Part shown: piece after piece, positions 18,201 through 26,946 of the stretch
Position numbering within the stretch: the stretch's first letter is position 1
How the letters are laid out: the number at the start of each line of letters is the position of its first letter
Assembly: GCA_903929795.1 (NCBI GenBank)
Contig: CAIYWC010000189.1
Coordinates: 549 to 64,548, forward strand
Length of the DNA stretch: 64,000 nucleotides
Direction: 5' to 3'
Origin: an uncultured Myxococcales bacterium
GTDB lineage: Bacteria > Myxococcota_A > UBA9042
Notes under the pieces: generated by a model
The model's database searches: none
What the model saw: the letters and a program-made list of their open reading frames with translations, nothing else
What the model was told of the DNA's origin: nothing
Position numbers and translations under genes: made by a program

Positions 18201-19474
18201 CCATCAACATCAAGGACAACGTGCGTACGCTGGCGGACGACCGCATGATCCGGCGCCTGGTGGGCGGCAGCTTCGAATGGCTGGAAACCGGCGTGAAAAA
18301 GAACATTTACGGCTTGTGGGGCACCAGCGCGCAGAACATCTTCGCGGTCGGCGCGCTGGGGACGCTGTGGCATTGGGACGGCGGCGGCTGGACCCAGCAG
18401 GTGTCGCTCGCCAAGACGGATTGGCGCGGCATCTTCGGCGTCGACGCGCAGGACATTTTCGCCGTCGGCCTCAGCGGCGCGGCTGCGGTGTTCGACGGCC
18501 TGACCTGGAAAGCCGTGCCCGTGGCCGGCAACCAGAACCTGACTGGCGTGTTTGCCGCGCAAGGCCCCAGCGGCATCGTCGCATTTGCCTCGAGCCAGTC
18601 GGGGATCTACCAGTTCGACAAGGCGGCGGGCTGGCAGAAGAACGGCAATCTTTACAGCAACTTTCTCGCCATTCACGGCAGCGACGCCACGCACATGTGG
18701 GCCGTCGGCATGACCGGCGCGTTGGCCGTCTGGGACGGCGTCAGCTGGCAGAACCAGGCATCCGGCACGTCCATCGCGCTGCACGATGTCTGGGCCGCGA
18801 GCCCGACGCTGGTCTATGCGGTGGGCGAAAACGGCGTGATCCTCAAATTCGACGGCAAGTCGTGGAAGCCCATGAATTCAGGCGTATCGACGACGCTCGC
18901 GTCGGTCTGGGGCAATGCCGGCGACGACGTCTGGGCGGTTGGCGCGCGCGGCGTTGTCCTGCACTACAACGGCAAGACCTGGACGCCGCTGGCCGGCCAG
19001 CCATTGGACAAGCTGCTGGACGCGGTGTGGACCTCGCCGGCGGGCGACCTGTTCGCGCTGGGCGAGCAAGAGTTGCTCATCACGCCGCTGCTCTACCCGC
19101 CGCTGGCGGTGATGCCGCTGCCCGATGGCGTGCTGACTGGCAACACGCTGCAATGGAGCGTGGACACCAGCTACCCGGAGCCGCACTTCAACTGGGTGAC
19201 GATCGGCATTCCGAGCCCGATGGCGCCGACGGACCCGAGCAAGGACACGCCGGTGTGGAATATCGTGCAAAAAGGCAGCGTGAGCGAGGTCGTTTTGCCC
19301 GATTTTCCGTCGATTCAGGGCACGCCCGGGATTCCCAAGGGCCAGCAGCTGCGCCTGACCATCATCCGCGGCTACAAGGAAGGCTTTGACATCGACGCCT
19401 ATTCCGAGACGGACCTGAGCCCGTACTACTGGCACGCGTGGGCGGAACACCAGTTCCTGTTTACCGCGCAATAA
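15248..19474 (+). CDS. Large lipoprotein: six IPT/TIG domains, carboxypeptidase-regulatory-like domain, Cys-rich region, C-terminal WG/AVG beta-propeller repeats
   Basis: GAAGGAG RBS; lipobox LAGC; six (S/K/G/V)xxP..G...GG..V.I.G.GF repeats; T.ADGQ.TF...SK.GY; repeated L..VW..S...VWAVG..G.ILH.DG..W. Confidence 0.88.
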   Translation: MNPQRPSFLQPRAMLLLGALQLALLAGCGAKSPGNGASAATQDAVGTDAIAGPDAVDAGDATTQTQNVFSLQSVTPAQGHTGGGEPVTLTGHGFSDGVQVLFGTAPLDPSVVYVVDEATIQVTTPPHESGPVDVTVALPGSPPQVAVLPRAFLYYNDVVLTKVDPPQGPTAGGTAISIHGTGFSGDCQVLVGGKQALNVQIVADDTLTAITPPGTFGPVPVHVINARGTGLLKDGFAYTAAPTITSVAPAAGPTAGGTQVIVYGTGLSADVDVRIGSGKATVLSVSGSTQAHVATPPGTAGKADVTATTAFGASTLPGGYVYSDDQGQAATQILSIAPPSGPLAGGNTVAVIATGLVAKSDSTILFGQKLAEILSVDAVAHTALVRVPAGATTGAVDVTLMTSKGNDKATGGYTYSDALTLSGVAPASGPSTGGTGIVLTGSGFAKGTVNVKIGALAASGLSVVSDTEIHATTPPGQPGYADVTVFNDTSAVTLAGGFAYTGSKLALYVVYPPLGAQAGGTLVHVYGQGFDANLAVTFGGNPATHFTFIDPGHVTVKTPAGKVGAVDVSVTGGDAKATLTKGYAYFDPMSGNGGTWGSAIDGAINITVLDASSNAPIPDAFTMLWTDPTTPYQGFTNADGQITFSGDDLTGKQMISASKTGYDASSVVLFNAQNVTVHLNPTSPPSPGSPPPGQIPPTIAGHVIGVDKYVFIPDGDCNAYAGQGQVPGATCNSCTADSQCGAGFACVDIGPDGNGIANGTRCVADCSQGQGCPAQFKCAGVGTAGFRCIPAAGELAAFCLHSKPDVFSQDDYPAEGAAFLADPLNAYAYKIDVAPGEQAVICFGGYKTFGAVLQADNPQSMAAFTPTVMGVQRHIMVQPEQQVTGIDVKLDIALGQSAAVRLDQPPVWGQPNASIINFVQPQLILGSDGALRWPVDAYKFSFDTDPALLTLTNLPASFTGVLSDASLTLETFVFDLNQATQLPRSINIKDNVRTLADDRMIRRLVGGSFEWLETGVKKNIYGLWGTSAQNIFAVGALGTLWHWDGGGWTQQVSLAKTDWRGIFGVDAQDIFAVGLSGAAAVFDGLTWKAVPVAGNQNLTGVFAAQGPSGIVAFASSQSGIYQFDKAAGWQKNGNLYSNFLAIHGSDATHMWAVGMTGALAVWDGVSWQNQASGTSIALHDVWAASPTLVYAVGENGVILKFDGKSWKPMNSGVSTTLASVWGNAGDDVWAVGARGVVLHYNGKTWTPLAGQPLDKLLDAVWTSPAGDLFALGEQELLITPLLYPPLAVMPLPDGVLTGNTLQWSVDTSYPEPHFNWVTIGIPSPMAPTDPSKDTPVWNIVQKGSVSEVVLPDFPSIQGTPGIPKGQQLRLTIIRGYKEGFDIDAYSETDLSPYYWHAWAEHQFLFTAQ

Positions 19475-19514
19475 TCATCGCTTGCGCGGCACCAGCCTGC
19501 GCTGTGGAATCCCC

Positions 19515-21449
19515 GTGACCAACCCGATTTTGCAATGGCGAACCCTGGCGTGCACCGCGATCCTCGCGTTGGGCGCGGCGTGCGGCTCGCCGGCCAGCGG
19601 CTCCGGCGCAGACGCAAGCACAAAGAGCGACGCCACCAGCGACAGCCAGCTGGGCGACGCGACCGCCGACACGGCCCACAGCGACGCGGATGTCGGCCCG
19701 CCCAGCCTTCTGACCGCGCGCTCGCTCCAGTTCACCGAAGACCTGACCGCCGCTTGGGGCAACGCCGGCGATGACGTGTGGTTCGTCGGCAAGGCTGGCC
19801 GTGTCCTGCACTGGAACGGCGCGACGCTCAGCCCGCGCAACGCCGGAACCACAAAGGATTTATTCGGCGTTTGGGGTCGAAGCGCGAGCGAAGTCTACCT
19901 CGTCGGCGACGGCGTGTTGCTGCGTTGGGACGGCGCCGCCTGGACCGATGAAGCGCCCGCGGGCACGGCGATCCTGCGCGGCGTGAACGCGCCGGTCGAT
20001 GGCTCCACGGTCGTGGCGTGCGGCGACGGCGGCGTGGTGCTGCGCCGCACCAGCAGCGGGAAATGGCAGCCCGAGGAGACCGCCAGCAAGCTCAATTTGC
20101 AGGCGATCTGGGCGATGAGCGACAGCCAGATCTGGGCCGTGGCGGAGCAAGGCCGCGCGCTGCACCTCTCGGGCGGCGCCTGGAGCGAGAGCGACATGCC
20201 CGGCGCGGCAAGCCGGACGTTGCGCGCGGTGGTCGGCAGCGTGGACGGTCGCCTCTTCGCGTGCGGCGACGGCGGCTATCTCGCGGTCACGGACGACACC
20301 GCCACCTGGCAGGAGACGCTGGCCAACGACGGCGACACGCCGCGCGACCTCAAGGGCCTGTGGGCGGTCAGCGCAACGGAGGCATGGGCGCTGGGCAGCG
20401 CCGGCGCGCTCCTGCATTACGTCAGCAAAAAGTGGGAGTTGGACACGATCGCCGGCACATACATGAAAGTCGCCGACTTCAGCGGCCTTTTTGGCGCGAT
20501 CGACAGCAACGGCCAGCCGTATGCGTTTGGCGTCGGCCTCGCAGGCGCGGGCGTGGTCTTTGCCGCGGGCCAGCCCGACAGCAGCGACCCCAGCTTGCAG
20601 GACGACCGCTGGCTCGATTTTCGCGCCGAGACCGTCGCGGACTTGAAAGCCGTGCAAGCCGACGCGGACGGCAGCCTCATCGCGTGCGGCACCAACGGCG
20701 TCGCGCTCCTGGCCAAGGACGGCCAGTCGCCGTTCTACGACCTCGCCGCGCCGGTTACAGGCGCCGATCTCGCGGACTGCGTGCTGCGCAATGGCGAAGC
20801 CTGGCTGGTCGGACCGAGCGGCGTGATCCTGCACAACGGCGGCGGCGCGTGGAGCGTGGACAGGCCGGCCAATGCCAAGGTGATCAGCGGCATTGGCCGT
20901 ATGGGCGCCGACCTGCTGGCCGTGGGCGATGGCGGCCTGGCGCTGCACAAGGTGGCCGATAGCCCGTGGCAGGCGGAGACGACGGGCGTGCAGTTCAAGC
21001 TGAGCAGCGTGGCGGCGACTACGGACACGGCCTACGCGGTGGGCGAGCTGGGTACGGTGCTGCGGCGCGATGCCACGGGCACGTGGACCAAGGAGGCGAC
21101 CGGCAATCTGGGTCAGTTCGCGCGCGTGACGGCCTGGGGCGACGGCGAGGCGGCGGCGGTGACGCAGGACGGCACGCTGCTGGTGCGGGCGGCGGGCGCG
21201 ACGGGCGCCTGGACGCAGATGTCCCAGACACCGGGGGAGCTGCTTTACGGCGTTGGTCGGCGCGCGGATGGGCTGCTGCTGGCGGTCGGCTACGCGGGCA
21301 CGCTGGTGACCGGCCAGCCCGCCGGACCCTTTACCAGCCACACGCAAAACGTGCCGAACCTGCTGAGCGGCGTGGCCTGCACCGCGGCGGGTTGCGTGGT
21401 GGTCGGCCAAAAAGGCGGCATCTTCCAGGTCGCAGAGGCCATTCCATGA
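19515..21449 (+). CDS. Lipoprotein made of WG/AVG-type (YVTN/BNR-like) beta-propeller repeats
   Basis: Lipobox GAAC; DA-rich linker; about 13-14 ~40-aa repeats of the form L..vWg....vW.VG..G.vL.w.G..W. Confidence 0.82.
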   Translation: MTNPILQWRTLACTAILALGAACGSPASGSGADASTKSDATSDSQLGDATADTAHSDADVGPPSLLTARSLQFTEDLTAAWGNAGDDVWFVGKAGRVLHWNGATLSPRNAGTTKDLFGVWGRSASEVYLVGDGVLLRWDGAAWTDEAPAGTAILRGVNAPVDGSTVVACGDGGVVLRRTSSGKWQPEETASKLNLQAIWAMSDSQIWAVAEQGRALHLSGGAWSESDMPGAASRTLRAVVGSVDGRLFACGDGGYLAVTDDTATWQETLANDGDTPRDLKGLWAVSATEAWALGSAGALLHYVSKKWELDTIAGTYMKVADFSGLFGAIDSNGQPYAFGVGLAGAGVVFAAGQPDSSDPSLQDDRWLDFRAETVADLKAVQADADGSLIACGTNGVALLAKDGQSPFYDLAAPVTGADLADCVLRNGEAWLVGPSGVILHNGGGAWSVDRPANAKVISGIGRMGADLLAVGDGGLALHKVADSPWQAETTGVQFKLSSVAATTDTAYAVGELGTVLRRDATGTWTKEATGNLGQFARVTAWGDGEAAAVTQDGTLLVRAAGATGAWTQMSQTPGELLYGVGRRADGLLLAVGYAGTLVTGQPAGPFTSHTQNVPNLLSGVACTAAGCVVVGQKGGIFQVAEAIP

Positions 21450-24112
21450 GCGCGCGCCTGCGCGCAAGCGCGTACCTGCTCGCGATCGCCGCTCTGGGCG
21501 CGTGCGGGCACGCCAACTCGACCGGCGCGGACGATGCAGCCGCCGGCGATGACGGGCTTGTCGCCGACGCCATCGATGCCGCCGGGGATGCCACGCCCAG
21601 CGCCGACGCGACGCCAACCACCGATGACACCGCGACTTCGGTCGGCCTGTGGACGCCGATCGCGCTGCCCGGCGGCGCCAACGCCGACCTCCACGGCGTC
21701 TGGTCCGACGGCAGCACGCGCGTAGTCGCGGCCGGCACCAACGGCACCGTCATCACGTGGGACGGCCTCGCGTGGAACGTCGCGGCGTCCGGCAAGTTCG
21801 CCACGTTGAACGCGGTCGCCGGCTCGCCCGGCGCCGGGCTGGCCTACGCCGTCGGGATGGCCGGAACCGTCGTCCAGAGCGCGGGCAGCAACGGCGGCGT
21901 CGGCAAGGTCTGGGCCCCGCCCGGCGGCTGCCTGGCCCCGTCAGACTGCGACGATGCGGACATCTGCACCACCGACGTCTGCGACTCCGGCGTCTGCCAA
22001 CACAGCAGCTCCGGCGCGCCCGGCTGCTGCGGCGGCGTGGTCTTCGCCGACAGCTTCGACAGCGGCTTGGGCAAGTGGACGGTCACCGACAACTACGCGG
22101 GCAACCCGGGCAACGGCGGCATCGTCTGGCAAGCCGCGGGCGTGTACGGCATCGACGGCATCCTGCGCGCGTCCAGCCCGCCCGCTGCCGCGTATTTTGG
22201 CCGGACCGACGTGCCCTGCACGGACGACGCCACCAAAGCTTGCGCCACCTACGACAACGGCAAGTCGGTCGGCTCCGCCATGACCAGCCAGGAATTCGCG
22301 GTCCCGGTGGGCAAGAGCGCGAGCCTGACGTTCCAGCTGTATCTCGATGTGGAATCAGGCTTTTACGACGCGCTGCAGATCAGCGTGATTCCCAGCGACG
22401 GCGGCGCCGCGGCGCTGATCGCTGACAAGCAGGTGCTGTGGCCGTCGGGCAGCACCAACGGCAAATTCGTCGTGCAAACCCTGGATTTGACAGCATTCAT
22501 GGGCCAAAAGATCCGCCTCGAGATCCGCTTTGAGACCTACAGCAACGCCAACAACAGCGGCCAGGGCGTGTTCATCGACGATCTCGCCGTCAGCACCGCG
22601 TGCGAAAGCGGCAGTTCCGCCGGCAAGGGCTTGACCGACAAGACACTTTTTGGCGCCTGGGCCTTTGCCGACAACGACGCGTATGCGGTCGGCGACGGCG
22701 GCGTGATCGCGCACTGGGACGGCACGACGTGGGGCTTGCAGGCCGGCGCAGCGACGGGCGAACTGGACGGCATGGCGGGCGCTTCTGGCGTCGGCTTGGT
22801 CGCAGTCGGCGATTTGGGCGTGGTCGGCACCGTCACGGCGACCGGCGTCGCACCCACAACCACGCCGACGCAGAGCCATTTGGCCGCCGTGGCCATCGAC
22901 GCAGTCGGCGCCAGCCCGTTCACCGCGTGTGCCGTGGGCGCGGGCGGGACGACGCTCGACGGCAGCAGCGCGGGCTGGAAGTTGGGCCCCAGCGCCGGCG
23001 CCGACCTGAGCGGCGTCACGGCCAACGGCAGCGGCGGCTGGGTCGCCGTCTCGCCGCTGGGCAGCATTTACGAACGCGTCAAGGGCTCAAAATCATGGAC
23101 GAATATTGATTCCAGCGGCTTCGCGATGCACGCCGTCACGCACACGGCGAGCGGCCAGATCATCGCGGTGGGCGAGATCGGCCTCGTCACCACGCGCACG
23201 TCGGCCAGCGCGGGCTGGAACATGACGCTGGACGACTGGACGTCCAACAACTTGTGGGGAGTCAGCGCACTGAGCGATACCGACATCTGGGCCGTCGGCG
23301 AAGGCGGCATCTCCGGCCACTTCCAGGGCGGCGTCTGGACGGCGATCGCGACGCCCACGCCCGCGAACCTGCGCGCGGTCTGGGCGGCAAGCGCAGACGC
23401 GGTATACGCGGTCGGCCTCGGCGGCGCCATCGTGCGCTGGGACGGCAAAAGCTGGAAGAAAATGAAGAGCCCGTCGCTCAAGGACTGGTACGCGGTCTGG
23501 GGCAACGGCCCCAACGACGTGTACGCGATCGGCCAGGATGGCCAAGTCGCGCATTGGGACGGCCAGGACACCGTGACGTGGGCTTGGTCCGCGATCGGCA
23601 CGCACATCGACGGCAGCCTGCGCGCGGTCTGGGGCCTGACGCCTGACGACGTGTGGGCGATCGGCGAGCTGGGGCTGATCTACCACAACGACGGCTCGGG
23701 CTGGACGCACGTGCCGATCCCCGATTACCAGGCGGATGCCAATTCCAAGCCGTACAAGATCGCGACGACGCTGCTGGCGATCTGGGGCGCAAGCTGGGAC
23801 GACGTCTGGGCCGCGGGCGAGCCAGACAGCAAAGGCAAAGGCGTTTTGGTCCACTGGGACGGCAACGCGTGGTCCTATGATCCCAGCTTCGCCGACGAAA
23901 GCCGCACGGTCCGCGCGCTGTGGGGCTGGAGCAAGGACAAGATCCTGATGGCCGGCACCCAAGGCATGGTGCTGCGTTTTGACGGTCAGGGCACGTACCA
24001 GGAACTGCATCCCGAGACCATCGCGACGCTCTTTGGCATCACAGGTTACGGCAAAGACGCGCTTTTGGTGGGCGACATTGGTACAGTATTGCGCTGGACA
24101 CCTTTGGACTGA
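21446..24112 (+). CDS. Lipoprotein with beta-propeller repeats, a Dictyostelium CTDC-like Cys repeat and a MAM/cleaved-adhesin-like jelly-roll insert
   Basis: ATGA overlap with the upstream gene; lipobox LGAC; CDDADICTTDVCDSGVCQH; F.DSFD.G...W...DLTAF.GQKIRL..RF...G.G.FIDDL.V; many VWG/AVG repeats. Confidence 0.82.
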   Translation: MSARLRASAYLLAIAALGACGHANSTGADDAAAGDDGLVADAIDAAGDATPSADATPTTDDTATSVGLWTPIALPGGANADLHGVWSDGSTRVVAAGTNGTVITWDGLAWNVAASGKFATLNAVAGSPGAGLAYAVGMAGTVVQSAGSNGGVGKVWAPPGGCLAPSDCDDADICTTDVCDSGVCQHSSSGAPGCCGGVVFADSFDSGLGKWTVTDNYAGNPGNGGIVWQAAGVYGIDGILRASSPPAAAYFGRTDVPCTDDATKACATYDNGKSVGSAMTSQEFAVPVGKSASLTFQLYLDVESGFYDALQISVIPSDGGAAALIADKQVLWPSGSTNGKFVVQTLDLTAFMGQKIRLEIRFETYSNANNSGQGVFIDDLAVSTACESGSSAGKGLTDKTLFGAWAFADNDAYAVGDGGVIAHWDGTTWGLQAGAATGELDGMAGASGVGLVAVGDLGVVGTVTATGVAPTTTPTQSHLAAVAIDAVGASPFTACAVGAGGTTLDGSSAGWKLGPSAGADLSGVTANGSGGWVAVSPLGSIYERVKGSKSWTNIDSSGFAMHAVTHTASGQIIAVGEIGLVTTRTSASAGWNMTLDDWTSNNLWGVSALSDTDIWAVGEGGISGHFQGGVWTAIATPTPANLRAVWAASADAVYAVGLGGAIVRWDGKSWKKMKSPSLKDWYAVWGNGPNDVYAIGQDGQVAHWDGQDTVTWAWSAIGTHIDGSLRAVWGLTPDDVWAIGELGLIYHNDGSGWTHVPIPDYQADANSKPYKIATTLLAIWGASWDDVWAAGEPDSKGKGVLVHWDGNAWSYDPSFADESRTVRALWGWSKDKILMAGTQGMVLRFDGQGTYQELHPETIATLFGITGYGKDALLVGDIGTVLRWTPLD

Positions 24113-24164
24113 ACAGTCCGGGTGCAAGAAACGTTGAAATCGCAACGCTTTCAGGTGGTGTGGC

Positions 24165-26288
24165 ATGAAAAACGGGAATCGCGGTTGGACACGGACAGGG
24201 TTCGCAATGCTCCTGCTGGCCAGCCTCGCGGGCTGCAGCGACAACGCGACCACGGGGACGATCGCGTTTGCGGACACCCACGGCGACGGCATCAGCGGCA
24301 AGTTCAAGGACGCGGAGGGCGATAGCCTGGGCGTCGATGGCGGCGACGACGCGACGGCGACGCAGGATGACGCGACGGCGCCCGACGCCAGCACGGACGC
24401 GCCCGGCTTCATCTACTTCGATCTCGGCGCGGCAGCGGGCAAACCGCCCAAGGGCGACGACGGCATCCCATGCCTCGACACATGTGAAATCTTTGTGACG
24501 CAAAACAGCTCGCGGGCCTTTGGCGCGCTTGTGCTGGCTGCGGACAAAGTGACGCCGATCGCCAACGCGATGGTGCAGTTCGCGATCAAGGATCCGACCG
24601 TGACCGACGCGACGATCCTCAGCGCGACAGTGCCGACCGACCAGGATGGGCGCGCGACCACGTCCGTGAAAGCCGGGATGCTGCTGGGCGCGTTTGCGAT
24701 CACGGTCACCGTCGTCGGTCATCCGGAAGTGACGCCGATCGAGTACACGGTCTCGGCGCAGAGCAAGGTCAAGGGACCGCCGACGATTACCCTGCATTAT
24801 CAAGGCGCTACGTCGCTGTCGGGTTTTGGCGACTTGAATGTCCGGCTCATCCAGCAGGTGGCGGGCGTGCCGGCCTGCAAGAACCTGGACCTGTTTGATG
24901 TCAACAACTTGCCGCCGGCGATCTCGACGAGCCCGAACCTGAAATTCGACAAGCCGTGGTCGATCCAGGCCGCGTGGCTGGGCACGATGCCTGCGGACGG
25001 CTCGCCGGTCGCGTACACCATCGTCGCGCTGGGCTGGAAGCTCGGAACCAGCGCGATGGGCGGCAATCCGTCGATCGGCGGCTGCGTGGACACCGGCTTC
25101 ACCGCGCACCTGAACAAGACGACCAAGGGCGTGGAAGGCGACTCGGTGACCGTGCTGGTGCGCGATCTGCCGCTGCGGTTGAAGGGCGTCTACGACATGA
25201 CGACGTTCATCGACCTGCTGAGCCTGCTGCCGCCGACGGTGGAGAAGTTCGTCAAGATCGTGCTGAACATCGTCTCGGACCCGGTCGCCGGCTTGCTCGC
25301 GACGGTCTGCCAGCTGACCAACGGCAACCTGCAGAGCATTTGCGCGGCGATCTTCACCGACCCGAACAACCCGGATCCCGACCAGGTCACCGGCGTCGGC
25401 GGCATCGTGGTCACGTTCCTGAAAAATATTATCTACGCGCTGTTACCGCCGCAGGTGCTGCAAGTCATCACGACTACGAAGGATTTGAAGGGCATCCTCG
25501 AAAACTTTACCGTCAACGGCACCATCGAGATCAACGCCGAACCCGATGACACCGGCTTTCTCTCGTCGACGTACACCAAGCAGACGTGGCAGTCGATTAC
25601 CTACAAGTGGTCGCTCGGCCAGAGTTGCCCCGCGACGGACCCGAACTGCGGCTTGAAGACCATTAATTTCGACCAGTTCCAGACCGACGCGGTGACCGGC
25701 TCGTTCGACTTGTGGCGCAACTTCCTGCCCAACTCGCAGGTACCCGATGGCACGATCAAGTTCGGCAAGCACGCGCTGAACGTGAAGTGGGGCGCGCTCA
25801 TCAACTTCCTGATTGAAAAGCAGTTGCTGCCGATGATCACCTACGATCCCAACGACCCGACGGCGCCGACCATCGATAGCTACGAGAAGCTCATCAAGTA
25901 CCTGCTCGCCGGCAACAAGCAGTGCCTCATCAAGGACACCTGCTGCGCGGACTTCGTCAACGGCATCACGGGCGCCGGCGCGGGCTTGGCGTCCAACCTG
26001 CTGACCGGCGCGTGCGACGCGGCGACGTCGCTCGGCTCCACGTTCCTGGAAGGCTATCTGGACAGCCTGGACGCCGTGACCGGCAATCCCGCGACCGGCC
26101 AGGGCCTGATTCTCAGCACCGACCACTGCCCGATTCTCGACCCGAATGACGACAACATCGTCGACAACATCGGCTCACCGGACACGACGACGACGACGAA
26201 CCAATGCCAGTGGGACATGACCCTGACGATTGGCAGCAACCCGCCCACGCAGATCAGCGCGCGCTTCTTCGCGATTCGCGAGCCGTAA
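24165..26288 (+). CDS. Lipoprotein with Big/Ig-like domain and Cys-containing helical C-terminal region, function unknown
   Basis: Lipobox LAGC; DA-rich linker; V.F.......TD.DG.A.T...AG Ig-like motif; GC-biased third codon positions. Confidence 0.78.
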   Translation: MKNGNRGWTRTGFAMLLLASLAGCSDNATTGTIAFADTHGDGISGKFKDAEGDSLGVDGGDDATATQDDATAPDASTDAPGFIYFDLGAAAGKPPKGDDGIPCLDTCEIFVTQNSSRAFGALVLAADKVTPIANAMVQFAIKDPTVTDATILSATVPTDQDGRATTSVKAGMLLGAFAITVTVVGHPEVTPIEYTVSAQSKVKGPPTITLHYQGATSLSGFGDLNVRLIQQVAGVPACKNLDLFDVNNLPPAISTSPNLKFDKPWSIQAAWLGTMPADGSPVAYTIVALGWKLGTSAMGGNPSIGGCVDTGFTAHLNKTTKGVEGDSVTVLVRDLPLRLKGVYDMTTFIDLLSLLPPTVEKFVKIVLNIVSDPVAGLLATVCQLTNGNLQSICAAIFTDPNNPDPDQVTGVGGIVVTFLKNIIYALLPPQVLQVITTTKDLKGILENFTVNGTIEINAEPDDTGFLSSTYTKQTWQSITYKWSLGQSCPATDPNCGLKTINFDQFQTDAVTGSFDLWRNFLPNSQVPDGTIKFGKHALNVKWGALINFLIEKQLLPMITYDPNDPTAPTIDSYEKLIKYLLAGNKQCLIKDTCCADFVNGITGAGAGLASNLLTGACDAATSLGSTFLEGYLDSLDAVTGNPATGQGLILSTDHCPILDPNDDNIVDNIGSPDTTTTTNQCQWDMTLTIGSNPPTQISARFFAIREP

Positions 26289-26358
26289 AGGCCTGGCAAC
26301 CGCGGCTTGCACCGACACGTGCCGTCAGCTGGGCCGTCCGCGAGGTCCCTGACTTCGC

Positions 26359-26931
26359 CTACACGTTTGAGCCGTTGCGCAGCAGCTTGAGCAATTCCGA
26401 GCGCGTCGCATAGTTGTCCCGGAACTGGCCTTTCATCGCGCTTGTGATCGTCACCGCGTTGGGCTTGCGCACGCCGCGCATCACCATGCACATGTGCTTG
26501 GCCTCGATGACAACGGCCACGCCCAGCGGATCCAGGCCTTCTTGCAGCGCCTCGGCGATCTGCGTGGTCATGCGCTCCTGGACCTGCAGCCGCCGCGCAA
26601 AAGTGTCCACGATTCTCGCCAGTTTGCTCAAGCCGACGACCTTGCCGCGCGGCAGATACGCCACGTGGGCCTTGCCCATGAACGGCAGCATGTGGTGCTC
26701 GCACAGACTGGAAAAATCGATGTCGCGCACCAGCACCATCTCGTCGTTGTCGACCGTGAACAGCGCCGAGCGCAGGATCGCCAGCGGATCCTCGGCATAG
26801 CCGCTCGTCAAATCGCGCAGCGCCTTGGCGACGCGGACCGGTGTCTTGACCAGCCCCTCGCGCGTCGGATCCTCGCCCAGATCGACCAGAATCTTGCGTA
26901 CCAGCTCTTCCACAGCCACCTCGTGTTCCAT
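26359..26931 (-). CDS. folE: GTP cyclohydrolase I
   Basis: [52 protein letters not shown]. Confidence 0.97.
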   Translation of the reverse strand: MEHEVAVEELVRKILVDLGEDPTREGLVKTPVRVAKALRDLTSGYAEDPLAILRSALFTVDNDEMVLVRDIDFSSLCEHHMLPFMGKAHVAYLPRGKVVGLSKLARIVDTFARRLQVQERMTTQIAEALQEGLDPLGVAVVIEAKHMCMVMRGVRKPNAVTITSAMKGQFRDNYATRSELLKLLRNGSNV

Positions 26932-26946
26932 GTGCTTGCTCCGAAA

